A DNA stretch of 40,499 nt, taken from a virus (Duplodnaviria > Heunggongvirae > Uroviricota > Caudoviricetes). The notes beneath the pieces were generated by a model. It was not told the origin of the DNA. It saw only the letters and a program-made list of their open reading frames with translations, and made no database searches. The position numbers and the translations under genes were made by a program. Positions 1-8,412 of this stretch are shown one piece after another. How positions within the stretch are numbered: position 1 is the first letter of the stretch; the number at the start of each line of letters is the position of its first letter. The stretch lies in IMG/VR virus record IMGVR_UViG_2667527965_000002. One strand, given 5' to 3'.

Positions 1-1314
1 TTAACTTACTGATTTTAATAATCCTCCAGTACTGCTCTCGTGGCTATGGGGCATCAATGGGGCAAAATCTGCCAGCTTCTGATTCAGCATTGCGATCTGC
101 TCTGCGCTGCTGTCAGCCATCCATGCACCGTAAACATTGAACACCATCTGCGCGCTCGCATGCCCCATCTGACTGGCAATAAAACTCGGGTTTGCACCAG
201 CAGATAATGACCAGCACGCATAGGTATGTCGTGACTGGTACGCCTTTCTGTGTCTGATCCCCGCGCGCTTTAGTGCCGCTTCCCATGAGTCGCCTACTGA
301 ATCGACCCGGTAGATAAATCCGACCTGCTTACTGCGTCTGACCACATGCGGGTTAAAGACGAATGTACACTCATGGGTCACCGAACGACCGTACTCACGT
401 AACTGCACTTCAATGTGATATTGCCTGCCCAGCCTTGTCATTTCAGCCTGATTTTTCAGGATGCTGATTGCGGGCTGGATAAGATGCACCACTCGATCTG
501 TGCTTGCCTCGGTTTTCGGTAGAGTGAACTCACCAAGTTTCGTATAATTACGCCTGACGGTAATTGTTCCCGCCTTCAGGTCGATATCTTCCCAGGCCAG
601 GGAGACCAGTTCCCCGTGACGCATTCCTGTGTACACTGCTAATGACCACAGGTTTTTCGTCTGCTGATGCCGGCATGCATCTATCAGGCGAATAAATTCA
701 TCACGAGACAGAGGATCTGGTTCTGCCCTGGCTTTTTTCAGAGGTTTAATTCCCTCGAATGGGTTCACCTCTAAGTAACCGTGATCCGCAGCAAACTGAA
801 ACATTCCGGCCATTGTCGTCATGTAATAGTTCACAGTAACAACGCTTCGCCCTTTTGCCGGGGCTTTATTTTTCGTCGGACTCTGATAACCAGTTAGCAA
901 ATCTTTCCTGAGATACAGCAATTCCTCTTTGGTTACTGCTGACACCAGGCGATTACCTCCGATCCTCGGCACCATATTCCTTGCGACAGATTCATAGCGA
1001 TTGAATGCGTTCGCGCAGATTTCCATCCGTTTCAGATCCAGCCATTTTTCTTCAAGTTCTTTCACTGTAATGTCTTTTTTACTTACACCAAAAGCCTTGA
1101 GGTTAGGGGAGTCAGGAAACTGGGTTGCATAATCAAAGGTTCCTGTGCGGATGGCAAAACATACTGATGTCCGCAGTTCCCCGGCTATCTTTCTGTTCTT
1201 AGCGGTGTCAGGGACACCGAGACTTTCCCTGACACGCTTACCTTTAAAATTAAACCAGATGCGTAATGTGCCACCGTGGTTTTCGACGCCTGTTGGATAT
1301 GTGACTTTATCCAT
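1..1314 (-). CDS. int: Tyrosine site-specific integrase
   Basis: 437 aa ORF; N-terminal arm-binding-like region and C-terminal tyrosine recombinase-like region; first gene at prophage edge followed by a small excisionase-like ORF. Confidence 0.9.
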   Translation of the reverse strand: MDKVTYPTGVENHGGTLRIWFNFKGKRVRESLGVPDTAKNRKIAGELRTSVCFAIRTGTFDYATQFPDSPNLKAFGVSKKDITVKELEEKWLDLKRMEICANAFNRYESVARNMVPRIGGNRLVSAVTKEELLYLRKDLLTGYQSPTKNKAPAKGRSVVTVNYYMTTMAGMFQFAADHGYLEVNPFEGIKPLKKARAEPDPLSRDEFIRLIDACRHQQTKNLWSLAVYTGMRHGELVSLAWEDIDLKAGTITVRRNYTKLGEFTLPKTEASTDRVVHLIQPAISILKNQAEMTRLGRQYHIEVQLREYGRSVTHECTFVFNPHVVRRSKQVGFIYRVDSVGDSWEAALKRAGIRHRKAYQSRHTYACWSLSAGANPSFIASQMGHASAQMVFNVYGAWMADSSAEQIAMLNQKLADFAPLMPHSHESSTGGLLKSVS

Positions 1315-1372
1315 TGGTGTTACCTCCAGACGCCCAAGAGCGATACGAGCTTACCTTTTTCATGGCATCAAA

Positions 1373-1609
1373 TCACCCTGGCTGCTTGCTTTTCATTGAA
1401 GCGACCCAGGCATCTACAGCCTTTCTGTTATACATGCACTCACTGGAAGGTTTAGGATTTCCGTCAGGCGATACGTGGATATACTCCCTCCCAATCATCC
1501 AGCATTCTTTTCTGGCCCGGAGGATGGTACCGGGCTTGAGCCCGGTCACCGCGATCAGAACACTTTCACAAACCCAATCGTTGGGAGCTAACTGGAAAAT
1601 ATTGCTCAT
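1373..1609 (-). CDS. xis: Excisionase-like DNA-binding protein
   Basis: 78 aa ORF immediately upstream of int on the same strand; GREY-containing motif typical of small phage excisionases. Confidence 0.6.
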   Translation of the reverse strand: MSNIFQLAPNDWVCESVLIAVTGLKPGTILRARKECWMIGREYIHVSPDGNPKPSSECMYNRKAVDAWVASMKSKQPG

Positions 1610-1649
1610 AGTTATTTCTCCATTATCCCGGCTGCACCCGGGGAAAATT

Positions 1650-2228
1650 TTAGTTGTTGCTGGTGGTTGGGATTAGTTTCTGCCAAATCGCTGAAACATA
1701 TTTCGCCTGGTGGCGGGCATCAGCCAGTGCGTTATGTGCAACCCCATCAAATGGCATATCACGCTTAGGATCGAAACCTACAACTCTGCCTAATGTGACG
1801 ATGGTTCTGACGTCGTGATCATTCCAAAATTGCCACGGGCAAACCTGGCCGGCACGCTCATATGCGCCGCGCAATATAACGTTGTCGAAAGTAGCTCCAT
1901 TGCCCCAAACTTTTAAATATTTAGGGTTATCAGAATGCCGATTAATGAAATGGCTCAGTTCAGATAGGGCAGATGATATCGGCATCGCATCATCAACACA
2001 GATTGCTGATCGTGCTTCTGAGCTTTGTCTTAACCACCACAGAATAGTGTCACCGTCCGGCACCGCTCCCTGCTCCATAGCGCTTTCAAGATTAACAGCG
2101 GTGTAAAACTCCTGACCCAGTTCACCACTTTGCGGATCGAATAACACGGCACCAATGGAGACGATAGGGGCATTCGGCTTTTTGCCCATAGTTTCAAGAT
2201 CGATCATTAAATTGTTCACGTTATACAT
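1650..2228 (-). CDS. DEDDh-type 3'-5' exonuclease (DnaQ-like)
   Basis: MIDLETMG Exo I motif and later H-x4-D (HNALADA) motif; ATG at 2228 overlaps upstream stop (ATGTATAA); the longer track ORF begins with a non-ATG codon. Confidence 0.75.
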   Translation of the reverse strand: MYNVNNLMIDLETMGKKPNAPIVSIGAVLFDPQSGELGQEFYTAVNLESAMEQGAVPDGDTILWWLRQSSEARSAICVDDAMPISSALSELSHFINRHSDNPKYLKVWGNGATFDNVILRGAYERAGQVCPWQFWNDHDVRTIVTLGRVVGFDPKRDMPFDGVAHNALADARHQAKYVSAIWQKLIPTTSNN

Positions 2229-2904
2229 TCTCTTGATTAGGTGCTGTTGGCTGGTCACATCCCACACATGGGCAAGGACACATATTTTCTGATTGCTGCC
2301 AGCGGAAATAACCTGTGCCACCGCAGTATTTACAAGTTGAACCATCCGGAGTTACCGGAGAGTTGCCAGCCTGGAGAATAGATTTCAGCGCTGCCCTTGG
2401 CATTGCCGACCAGGCAAGAAATACGTCTGGCCTGTCGACATCTTCTGTCGGGAGAGTGTTTTCGATTTCGTCCAGCGCATCACTTAGCTTCTGAAATGCG
2501 TCGTCTGGAACAACGTGGCACTCTTCGCCATCAACATCTTGCTGACAGCTATCATCTGCGAGTTCGAATGCGGCCCCGCAAACATTGAGCAGCATTTCAA
2601 TAACGCGACGGTGTTCTGCTGTTACGCAATTCTCCGGCGCTACCGGCGCTCTCGGCTTGCCCTGGCTATCTGACGGCGCTAACGGAGCGTTTCTCAGTGC
2701 AGTGGCCAGCATTTCAATATCTACTGGTGCAGGCTCAGCACCAAACGCCGCAATTGCCCCTTCAATCACCTTCACAGCATCAGCCATTGCGTAGCCGAGA
2801 TTACCGCCGTCGCTTTGTGCTGCTGCTTTGCTGAGTATTTCGCGTATCTGGTGCAGGCGCTCGAGTGATACAGGACCGTGCGCCGGGTGGTTGTTAGTGG
2901 TCAT
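2221..2904 (-). CDS. Hypothetical phage protein with C-terminal Cys-rich (CxxC/CPCPC) region
   Basis: ORF in early-left operon; start ATG at 2904 overlaps upstream stop (ATGA) with GAGG about 9 nt upstream; alternative start at 2913. Confidence 0.55.
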   Translation of the reverse strand: MTTNNHPAHGPVSLERLHQIREILSKAAAQSDGGNLGYAMADAVKVIEGAIAAFGAEPAPVDIEMLATALRNAPLAPSDSQGKPRAPVAPENCVTAEHRRVIEMLLNVCGAAFELADDSCQQDVDGEECHVVPDDAFQKLSDALDEIENTLPTEDVDRPDVFLAWSAMPRAALKSILQAGNSPVTPDGSTCKYCGGTGYFRWQQSENMCPCPCVGCDQPTAPNQENV

Positions 2905-3233
2905 GCTGCCCATCCTCTGCGTAGATGGCCCAGCGCGTAACGCGCTTCTATCGGGTCTTCTTCTTCATATTCACAATTGACGCTTTTAACCATTGCCACA
3001 CAGCACTCGTTGCAACACCGATAGGACATGAGTTCGCCGTCGAATTTCCACGTCGTACTACGATGGATTTCACCCTTTAAAATTTCGCCAGCGCAAATGT
3101 GACATTTATATTCACCGCGAGAGGTAACAATTTTGTTCGATAGTTCGGTATCGCATGGCGTACCGAAATCACCTTCAAAAAGGTCAAAGTACAGTGCGTC
3201 GTCTAAATCCTGTTTGTTGAGTGAGTTAGTCAT
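2901..3233 (-). CDS. Hypothetical zinc-binding protein (CxxC ... CCNECC)
   Basis: ORF with paired cysteine motifs; start at 3233 chosen because the ORF upstream on this strand ends at 3226. Confidence 0.5.
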   Translation of the reverse strand: MTNSLNKQDLDDALYFDLFEGDFGTPCDTELSNKIVTSRGEYKCHICAGEILKGEIHRSTTWKFDGELMSYRCCNECCVAMVKSVNCEYEEEDPIEARYALGHLRRGWAA

Positions 3234-3570
3234 TCCAGGCCTCCAGCTCGTTCTGTATTTCCTCGTCAACCTCATCATTGGTGGCGTTCTTATTGAGTGT
3301 GCGCCGGGCTTCTTTCAGATATGACTCACGGCGTTCATCGTACCAGGCTGAGAATTCAGGCGACAAACCGTACAGGTACCCGAAAAAAGCAACCCTGGCA
3401 TTGTCCTCAGCCATACGCTCAACCATGCAATAAGCTGTAGTTAGTGCCGCTTCACGGATGTAACCGCGCAGGTCGCGCTTGCGCCAATACGGGCTATGTT
3501 TCGAGTCGCAGCGGCCTTTAAATTCGACGGTCCAGCGACGGATGCAACGTGCGTTCAGAGATTTACTCAT
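3226..3570 (-). CDS. Hypothetical phage protein
   Basis: 114 aa ORF; ATG overlaps stop of upstream gene (ATGA at 3567-3570). Confidence 0.55.
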   Translation of the reverse strand: MSKSLNARCIRRWTVEFKGRCDSKHSPYWRKRDLRGYIREAALTTAYCMVERMAEDNARVAFFGYLYGLSPEFSAWYDERRESYLKEARRTLNKNATNDEVDEEIQNELEAWND

Positions 3571-3821
3571 TGTGCAGTTCCCTTTCTGGCTGTGTTTAAT
3601 AGCTGGTTAAACATCATGGTTAAGCTGTTACTACACCCAAACGGCATATCGTTAACACGGTATGTTGGAATGCCCTTGCGAACACCAGACTTCACGATCC
3701 GGCCGGTGCCATAGAGTTGCGATAATGCACCAGCGATCGAAGCTGTCTTTTTGTTTAAACCCTTAGCTATTTCAGCGCTGGTGGCGTTGGGGTGAGCCTG
3801 GAGATATTCAAATACGGTCAT
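3567..3821 (-). CDS. Small winged-helix DNA-binding protein
   Basis: 84 aa; N-terminal helix-turn-helix-like segment (SAEIAKGLNKKTASIAGALSQL); translationally coupled to neighbours. Confidence 0.55.
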   Translation of the reverse strand: MTVFEYLQAHPNATSAEIAKGLNKKTASIAGALSQLYGTGRIVKSGVRKGIPTYRVNDMPFGCSNSLTMMFNQLLNTARKGTAQ

Positions 3822-3985
3822 GGCGTTTTACCTTTACGTTCCTGTTCCAGTTGCACCAGAGACTCTTTTAATGCTGCGAACGTAGCGTCCAGTCTGGTGG
3901 CGACTTCGCGCATAAGCGGTGCATGCTTTGGTGGCAATTCAGCAACGGAGGCAAACGCCTCCGCTACGAGTTCTTTTACCTTCAT
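3818..3985 (-). CDS. Small hypothetical protein (55 aa), not in supplied ORF track
   Basis: Manual translation MKVKELVAEAFASVAELPPKHAPLMREVATRLDATFAALKESLVQLEQERKGKTP; ATG overlaps stop of HD gene (ATGA) and its stop overlaps ATG of next gene (ATGA). Confidence 0.4.
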   Translation of the reverse strand: MKVKELVAEAFASVAELPPKHAPLMREVATRLDATFAALKESLVQLEQERKGKTP

Positions 3986-4521
3986 GCGGCGCATTGGCGC
4001 TGCTCCATCAATTCGTTAAAGCGATTGATGAACATGCCGTATGACTGGCCAGGACGAACTGGATTGATAATGAATAAATCCGTTGGGACAACTCCCTCGA
4101 GGCATGGCCACACGGAACCTTCGTCAACCTCAAAATCGCGGCGTTCGCTGGCGAGCATCACCAGATCGGCATATTTCACAGTTGGGTGTTGTTCCGTCGG
4201 TAGGCCGAACTTCTGCCGAATGGCTGCATCCACGCGAGCTTCGATCACCTGGTAATCCGGAAGCAGGTGCTTAAGCGGGGATGGGATGTCCTGCAGGTAG
4301 GCTTCAGCAGCATCATGAAGCAGTGCTTCTAATGCAAACTCCTGCGGAACGAGGTGGCTGGTTAAAACGCTATGCTGGCCGACGCTATAAAACTCAGGAA
4401 GATGCCCTGCAAAACGGCAGATATGAGACAACGCGGTAGCAATATCCTCGATCACGATATCGTCCTGTTGGATATCGAGGTAATTAAAATGTTTGCCGGA
4501 TAATGTCTGAATGTAGCTCAT
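3982..4521 (-). CDS. HD-domain phosphohydrolase (YfbR-like 5'-deoxynucleotidase family)
   Basis: HD-domain-like H...HD...D spacing (SHICRFAGH...LLHDAAEAY...D); start at ATG 4521 preceded by GGAG; track ORF begins at an upstream GTG. Confidence 0.7.
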   Translation of the reverse strand: MSYIQTLSGKHFNYLDIQQDDIVIEDIATALSHICRFAGHLPEFYSVGQHSVLTSHLVPQEFALEALLHDAAEAYLQDIPSPLKHLLPDYQVIEARVDAAIRQKFGLPTEQHPTVKYADLVMLASERRDFEVDEGSVWPCLEGVVPTDLFIINPVRPGQSYGMFINRFNELMEQRQCAA

Positions 4522-4628
4522 GGTTTTCTCCATATTGGCGCGCTGCACCGCGCTATTAAATTAATGAATTGCTAAATTTAGCGTGCAGCAACCCAACCCA
4601 TGACATGGGTTAATTACGGTCTGGGGTA

Positions 4629-5546
4629 TTAGGCTGCGGGTTTTTGTGGCTGTTCTTCTTTGTACGAAAGAAGATCACACATCAGGTTTACTACTTTGCT
4701 GAATTGGAGTAGATCCGTCCCGGCCTGATGGCGCCATTGAAATGCTTTATCATCTTCATCGTTGAATGTTTGGGCTTGGGTATTGATGCGCGAAAAATGG
4801 AAATTTTCGGTGAGGATGAACGATACACCGCATCCTGCTAGCTCCATTTTATCAGCGGTAAAGCCGCTATTAAGGCTATCAACTAGCTCGCTTTGAATTG
4901 AGTCGTGTTCAGCTGAGTAGCGAATAACTTCATTTTGATCGGCAAGGCGGGACAGCTGGATATAATTGCCGACGGTAAACCCTTCAAAAGCATTGGCCAC
5001 GCCATTGATATAGTTTTTCAACCGCGTAGTTAAACCGTTCTTAATATCGCTAATGTTGATTGTTTCTGTTTTAACGGAACCGACAACTTTCACCAGCATA
5101 GCCACAGCCATACCGGCAATATTTTTATTGGTCGTATTGACCACTAATAGCTTTTCGTTGGTGCTGTACAACGCAAGGATCAGCGTTGATTTAACAAATG
5201 CCCGTTTACACAGGTCAACGCGGACGCTGTCGATAATTGCTAATCGTTCGATACGTTTGATTTTACTCCCGGACATATCTTCGATTCTTTGGATCCGTGC
5301 TGCGGCTTCCTTCAAAACAACATGCTGGGGAATGATTTTCTGATCATGGCGGATCACGATGGCATACCCACCTGATATTGGGGTGACCAATTCGCCAGTG
5401 ATCGGGTTTGGCACAAAAGAGGCGCGTGAAAACTCAGTTTCACCAATCTCGGAGTAGGGGAGTTCAAGCAGATGCCCCTCGATAGCTTCAATGCTAGGTA
5501 GTGTGGCGCGGTACACGATTGCGTTACGGAACTTAGGTAATTTCAT
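4629..5546 (-). CDS. rdgC: Recombination-associated protein RdgC-like
   Basis: 305 aa; N-terminus MKLPKFRNAIVYR and length match the RdgC family. Confidence 0.8.
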   Translation of the reverse strand: MKLPKFRNAIVYRATLPSIEAIEGHLLELPYSEIGETEFSRASFVPNPITGELVTPISGGYAIVIRHDQKIIPQHVVLKEAAARIQRIEDMSGSKIKRIERLAIIDSVRVDLCKRAFVKSTLILALYSTNEKLLVVNTTNKNIAGMAVAMLVKVVGSVKTETINISDIKNGLTTRLKNYINGVANAFEGFTVGNYIQLSRLADQNEVIRYSAEHDSIQSELVDSLNSGFTADKMELAGCGVSFILTENFHFSRINTQAQTFNDEDDKAFQWRHQAGTDLLQFSKVVNLMCDLLSYKEEQPQKPAA

Positions 5547-5730
5547 TTAACTTTCCTCTGCACAAGGTTTTAGTCCATACACGAAGTTAAGGCGGCTGCC
5601 ACCGCCGAACTTTCTCCATACACAACAGAGAAGGGCACCTGCATTGGTCGGCGGCTTGAGAGACCGCTTTCTTTTTGCCCGGGTGGATTGGGTTATGAGC
5701 CCGTCGCCCGGTGATGCCCTTTTCTGTTGT

Positions 5731-5778
5731 GTAAAAAGGGCGGTACCAGCTAATTGATGGGATGTAACTGGTACCGCC
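5731..5778 (-). terminator. Strong hairpin (11-bp perfect stem GGCGGTACCAG, 18-nt loop) followed by a 5-U run on the minus strand
   Basis: Inverted repeat 5739-5749/5768-5778; plus-strand A-run 5733-5737 gives U-run after stem on minus strand. Confidence 0.45.
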
Positions 5779-6124
5779 AACACTTCACGCAGCATTCAAG
5801 TTGTGGCGCCAGGCGCTTGTCTTCTGGTTGTCTCGATGGACTGCAATTCACCACAACGAAGAGAACATTGCCGGTGTTCGAATCGAACGAACCTTTTCCC
5901 TGCCCAACCCTCCCAACTAAATGGGACTGTCTGGAATCGAACCAGCACTTATGCCTTGCTCGTCAATGTTCTCATCGTTGTGCCCTGAAAAAGGCTGGCG
6001 GTTACCGGAAATACACGGGAAAACACCGGGCCGCCAGAACAGGGAAGTACTTGTTATTGCTTTGGCCTGCTTTTAACCACATCAGGCGTGGTGGTATCTT
6101 GGTGTTCTCACACAACCAAGAGGG

Positions 6125-6328
6125 ATGTTTATGGGCGCTTTTGATAACCAGGAAATTACGTTACCCGCATGCCCTAAGTGCGGCACTAAGACGAAGAAGA
6201 AAATCGCTTGGCTCAAGTCGAACAAAAGTTTCACTTGTCGATGTGGAGCTACTATCAATGTCAACAGCAGCCAGCTTACTTCCGAAATCAGGATGGTTGA
6301 GGACAAGCTGAAGAAGCTCTTTAAATAG
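6125..6328 (+). CDS. Small zinc-ribbon protein (CPKCG-x17-CRCG)
   Basis: 67 aa ORF with purine-first codon periodicity, AGAGGGA upstream of ATG, and an intrinsic terminator 28 nt downstream; overlaps 3' part of the convergent ORF 6161-6526. Confidence 0.45.
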   Translation: MFMGAFDNQEITLPACPKCGTKTKKKIAWLKSNKSFTCRCGATINVNSSQLTSEIRMVEDKLKKLFK

Positions 6329-6526
6329 TTTTTTATCGACTGATATTATTTCGTTATCAGAGGTTGGTTTTTCAGCCTCTGATTTTTTAGTCAGGATCAT
6401 TTTTTCTACACATGTGACTACGCATTCCGAACAGATGGCAGGTTCGTCCTTACCACCTTTTGCGACGATCTTTATCGCTCCCAGTTCGGTTGCTCCGCAA
6501 AATGAGCATGTGAATAAATGATTCAT
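6161..6526 (-). CDS. ClpX N-terminal zinc-binding-domain-like protein, first gene downstream of the pL-like promoter
   Basis: N-terminal 45 aa (FTCSFCG ... KIVAKG ... ICSECVVTC) parallels ClpX ZBD (CSFCG ... KLIAG ... ICDECVDLC); ATG at 6526 with GAGG upstream; C-terminal two-thirds is low-complexity and antisense to ORF 6125-6328, so the true 3' extent is uncertain. Confidence 0.5.
   Translation of the reverse strand: MNHLFTCSFCGATELGAIKIVAKGGKDEPAICSECVVTCVEKMILTKKSEAEKPTSDNEIISVDKKLFKELLQLVLNHPDFGSKLAAVDIDSSSTSTSETFVRLEPSDFLLRLSAALRACG
6356..6388 (+). terminator. Rho-independent terminator, plus orientation
   Basis: Stem ATCAGAGG/CCTCTGAT with 12-nt loop, followed by TTTTTT. Confidence 0.6.
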
Positions 6527-6635
6527 GTAAACCTCTACCCCCAACCTAAGTTTTCTGTCAGCGAATCATCCGGTTATTCATATGCCACCGGCGGCTACTT
6601 CGTGGGCGTCCTGCCTGTTCGCTTTCGATGCAATG

Positions 6636-6665
6636 ACTATAGCTACATTAAGTAGATAATTGCAA
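6636..6665 (-). promoter_or_regulatory. pL-like promoter with embedded operator-like palindrome
   Basis: Minus strand -35 TTGCAA (6665-6660), 18-nt spacer, -10 TATAGT (6641-6636); spacer contains CTACATTAAGTAG. Confidence 0.45.
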
Positions 6666-6730
6666 CAACAAAAAGTAGAAAAATGAAATTTTTAGTAGTG
6701 TAGTGTTATGAGGTGAGGAATTTGAGGCGT

Positions 6731-6751
6731 AAAAAAACCGGCTTTCGCCGG
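6731..6751 (-). terminator. Rho-independent terminator after repressor gene
   Basis: Minus strand stem CCGGC/GCCGG with 4-nt loop followed by UUUUUUU (plus-strand A7 at 6731-6737). Confidence 0.65.
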
Positions 6752-6770
6752 TTTCTTGATGAATTAATTA

Positions 6771-7490
6771 TTAGCCAAACTCTATCATTTTTAGAGGTAA
6801 GCATCTGATTAGCTTGCCGAATATGTATAGTTCATTCATTTCATGCTCCTCTATGAAGAAGGGCGGGTAATGTTCATTGTCTGAAAGAACTGCCAGTCGG
6901 CGCCCTTTTACCTTCTGCAAACGTTTAACGAACGTACTGTCTTCAAAATTGAACACATAAACGCCGTCGCCGCTGAATTGTTCAACCTTGCTGTCTATGA
7001 AAAGCAGGTCCTTTGGGCAAAGCGTGGGCATCATGCTATCGCCATCAACATTTATCATGACGATGCCATCAAGGCTTCTACGACCAAACAACTCGAAGAT
7101 CCTCTCTTCTGGAATCTCTATTGAGCTCACTATTGTAGGGAATGGTTGGTTTATATATCCGGAACCGGCTGAAGCATGAACATCCAATTGCTCTATTCTG
7201 ACCGTGCCTTTGGCTGGCGCGTCGCCACCATTAACAGGCACACCATAATCAAGATAAGCCGGTGAGACGGCAAGTCTTTCTGCAATTCGAATCATCTTCT
7301 CATCTCTCGGCTTTGCAGTACCAAGAGTGTAGCGCCGCGCCATCTCATACGAGACACCACTGAACTCTGACAATTCTTTAACTCCAATAGATTGCTCTTG
7401 GAGAGACCTGTTTAGCCTTTCGGCAAAGTCTTTGTATTTAGCATTTTCCACCATAAGTAGAAGATTAAGCGCACAAGGCATAGTTGTCAT
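6771..7490 (-). CDS. cI: CI-like prophage repressor (HTH plus S24 LexA-like peptidase domain)
   Basis: 239 aa; N-terminal HTH region and C-terminal GDSM ... K peptidase S24 motifs; divergent from Cro-like gene; no obvious SD so possibly leaderless, alternative start 7454. Confidence 0.85.
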   Translation of the reverse strand: MTTMPCALNLLLMVENAKYKDFAERLNRSLQEQSIGVKELSEFSGVSYEMARRYTLGTAKPRDEKMIRIAERLAVSPAYLDYGVPVNGGDAPAKGTVRIEQLDVHASAGSGYINQPFPTIVSSIEIPEERIFELFGRRSLDGIVMINVDGDSMMPTLCPKDLLFIDSKVEQFSGDGVYVFNFEDSTFVKRLQKVKGRRLAVLSDNEHYPPFFIEEHEMNELYIFGKLIRCLPLKMIEFG

Positions 7491-7502
7491 TTCTATTTTA
7501 AG

Positions 7503-7531
7503 TTGCTAATAATTGCTACTATGAGTAGTAT
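7503..7531 (+). promoter_or_regulatory. pR-like promoter with operator-like palindrome
   Basis: -35 TTGCTA (7503-7508), 17-nt spacer, -10 TAGTAT (7526-7531); palindrome CTACTATGAGTAG at 7516-7528. Confidence 0.5.
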
Positions 7532-7559
7532 TGATGCAGGCTTAGTCATAGGAGAACAC

Positions 7560-7817
7560 ATGTCATCTCAACACAAGAATGTAACAGCTAAAGCTGTGAA
7601 GGCGATCGGGTCGATTTCAGAGGTATCAAGGCGGTTTGAATTCCAATCAGTTCAATCTGTTGCGAACTGGATTGCAAAGAACCGAGTACCTTCTGAAAGA
7701 GTTATTCAACTCTGCCAATGGGGCGGATGGGTAGTAACTCCCCATCAATTACGACCTGATATTTATCCGAACAAAAATGACGGCATACCTTCCGCTAACA
7801 ACAATAGTCAACTTTAA
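7560..7817 (+). CDS. cro: Cro-like / YdaS-like HTH regulator
   Basis: ATG at 7560 with GGAG 5 nt upstream; first rightward gene divergent from repressor; VANWIAKNRVPSERVIQLCQWGGWVVTPHQLRPDIYP motif. Confidence 0.7.
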   Translation: MSSQHKNVTAKAVKAIGSISEVSRRFEFQSVQSVANWIAKNRVPSERVIQLCQWGGWVVTPHQLRPDIYPNKNDGIPSANNNSQL

Positions 7818-7848
7818 GTTGATTATTAACTACCAGAGGGAAATCAAC

Positions 7849-8412
7849 ATGGTAGACAGCATAAATACAGCAATCCGTCTGATGTGTAAGGCACACAAGC
7901 ATGGTCGCTTAGGTATGGCTTCCGATTTAGGGATGACTATCGACCAGTTCCACAACCACCTGTACCAGAAGTGTGGCAGTCGGTTCTTTACCTTGGCAGA
8001 ACTGGAACGGATGGAGGACCTGTCTGGTTCTTGTTACTTGGCCGAGTACCAGGCGAACCGCAAAGGGAAATGGCTGGTGGATGTTCCAACTGCTGAGAGC
8101 CTGGATAACGTTGAGCTGTACAGCATTGAGATGAAAGCGGCAGCAGCATCTGGTGAGCTGGCTAATGCCAAGATGGCAGCAGCGGCTGATGGGGTAATTG
8201 ATTCATCAGAGCGCAAAACGCTTTCAGAATTATTCAGTAAGAAGCTCCGCCACCAGATTCACGGGTTCCTGGGATTTATGGCGCTTTATGGGGTTGGTGT
8301 TTCAGATCAGGCGATTGACGTATTCGTTTCAACAGGCAGAAAAGGTGACGCCCGCGAGTGTGCAGCTCCGGGCGCCTTGGCGTGTCGTATCAGTGGAGAA
8401 ACTAACGCATGA
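7849..8412 (+). CDS. Putative CII-like / YdaT-like regulatory protein
   Basis: Position directly after cro; ATG 7849 with GAGGGA SD; assignment by position and general resemblance only. Confidence 0.45.
   Translation: MVDSINTAIRLMCKAHKHGRLGMASDLGMTIDQFHNHLYQKCGSRFFTLAELERMEDLSGSCYLAEYQANRKGKWLVDVPTAESLDNVELYSIEMKAAAASGELANAKMAAAADGVIDSSERKTLSELFSKKLRHQIHGFLGFMALYGVGVSDQAIDVFVSTGRKGDARECAAPGALACRISGETNA

Noticed and set aside
1145-1676. Plus-strand ORFs (84 and 120 aa) overlapping int and xis
   Set aside because: Antisense to the integrase and excisionase-like genes; no independent support
5547-5795. 82-aa minus-strand ORF, basic-rich, in the N-gene-equivalent position
   Set aside because: Its coding region would contain the strong 11-bp-stem hairpin/terminator (5731-5778) and it lacks a convincing RBS; more likely non-coding structured leader or regulatory RNA
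5868-5950. tRNA-like T-loop motifs (GTTCGAATC, GGTTCGATTCC on the reverse strand)
   Set aside because: No matching acceptor stem, D-arm or anticodon arm could be assembled on either strand; treated as palindromic motifs, not a tRNA gene
5754-6311. 185-aa plus-strand ORF spanning the intergenic region and the zinc-ribbon ORF
   Set aside because: Different frame from the well-formed zinc-ribbon ORF, no RBS, and a composition unlike a real protein; likely a spurious GC-rich open frame
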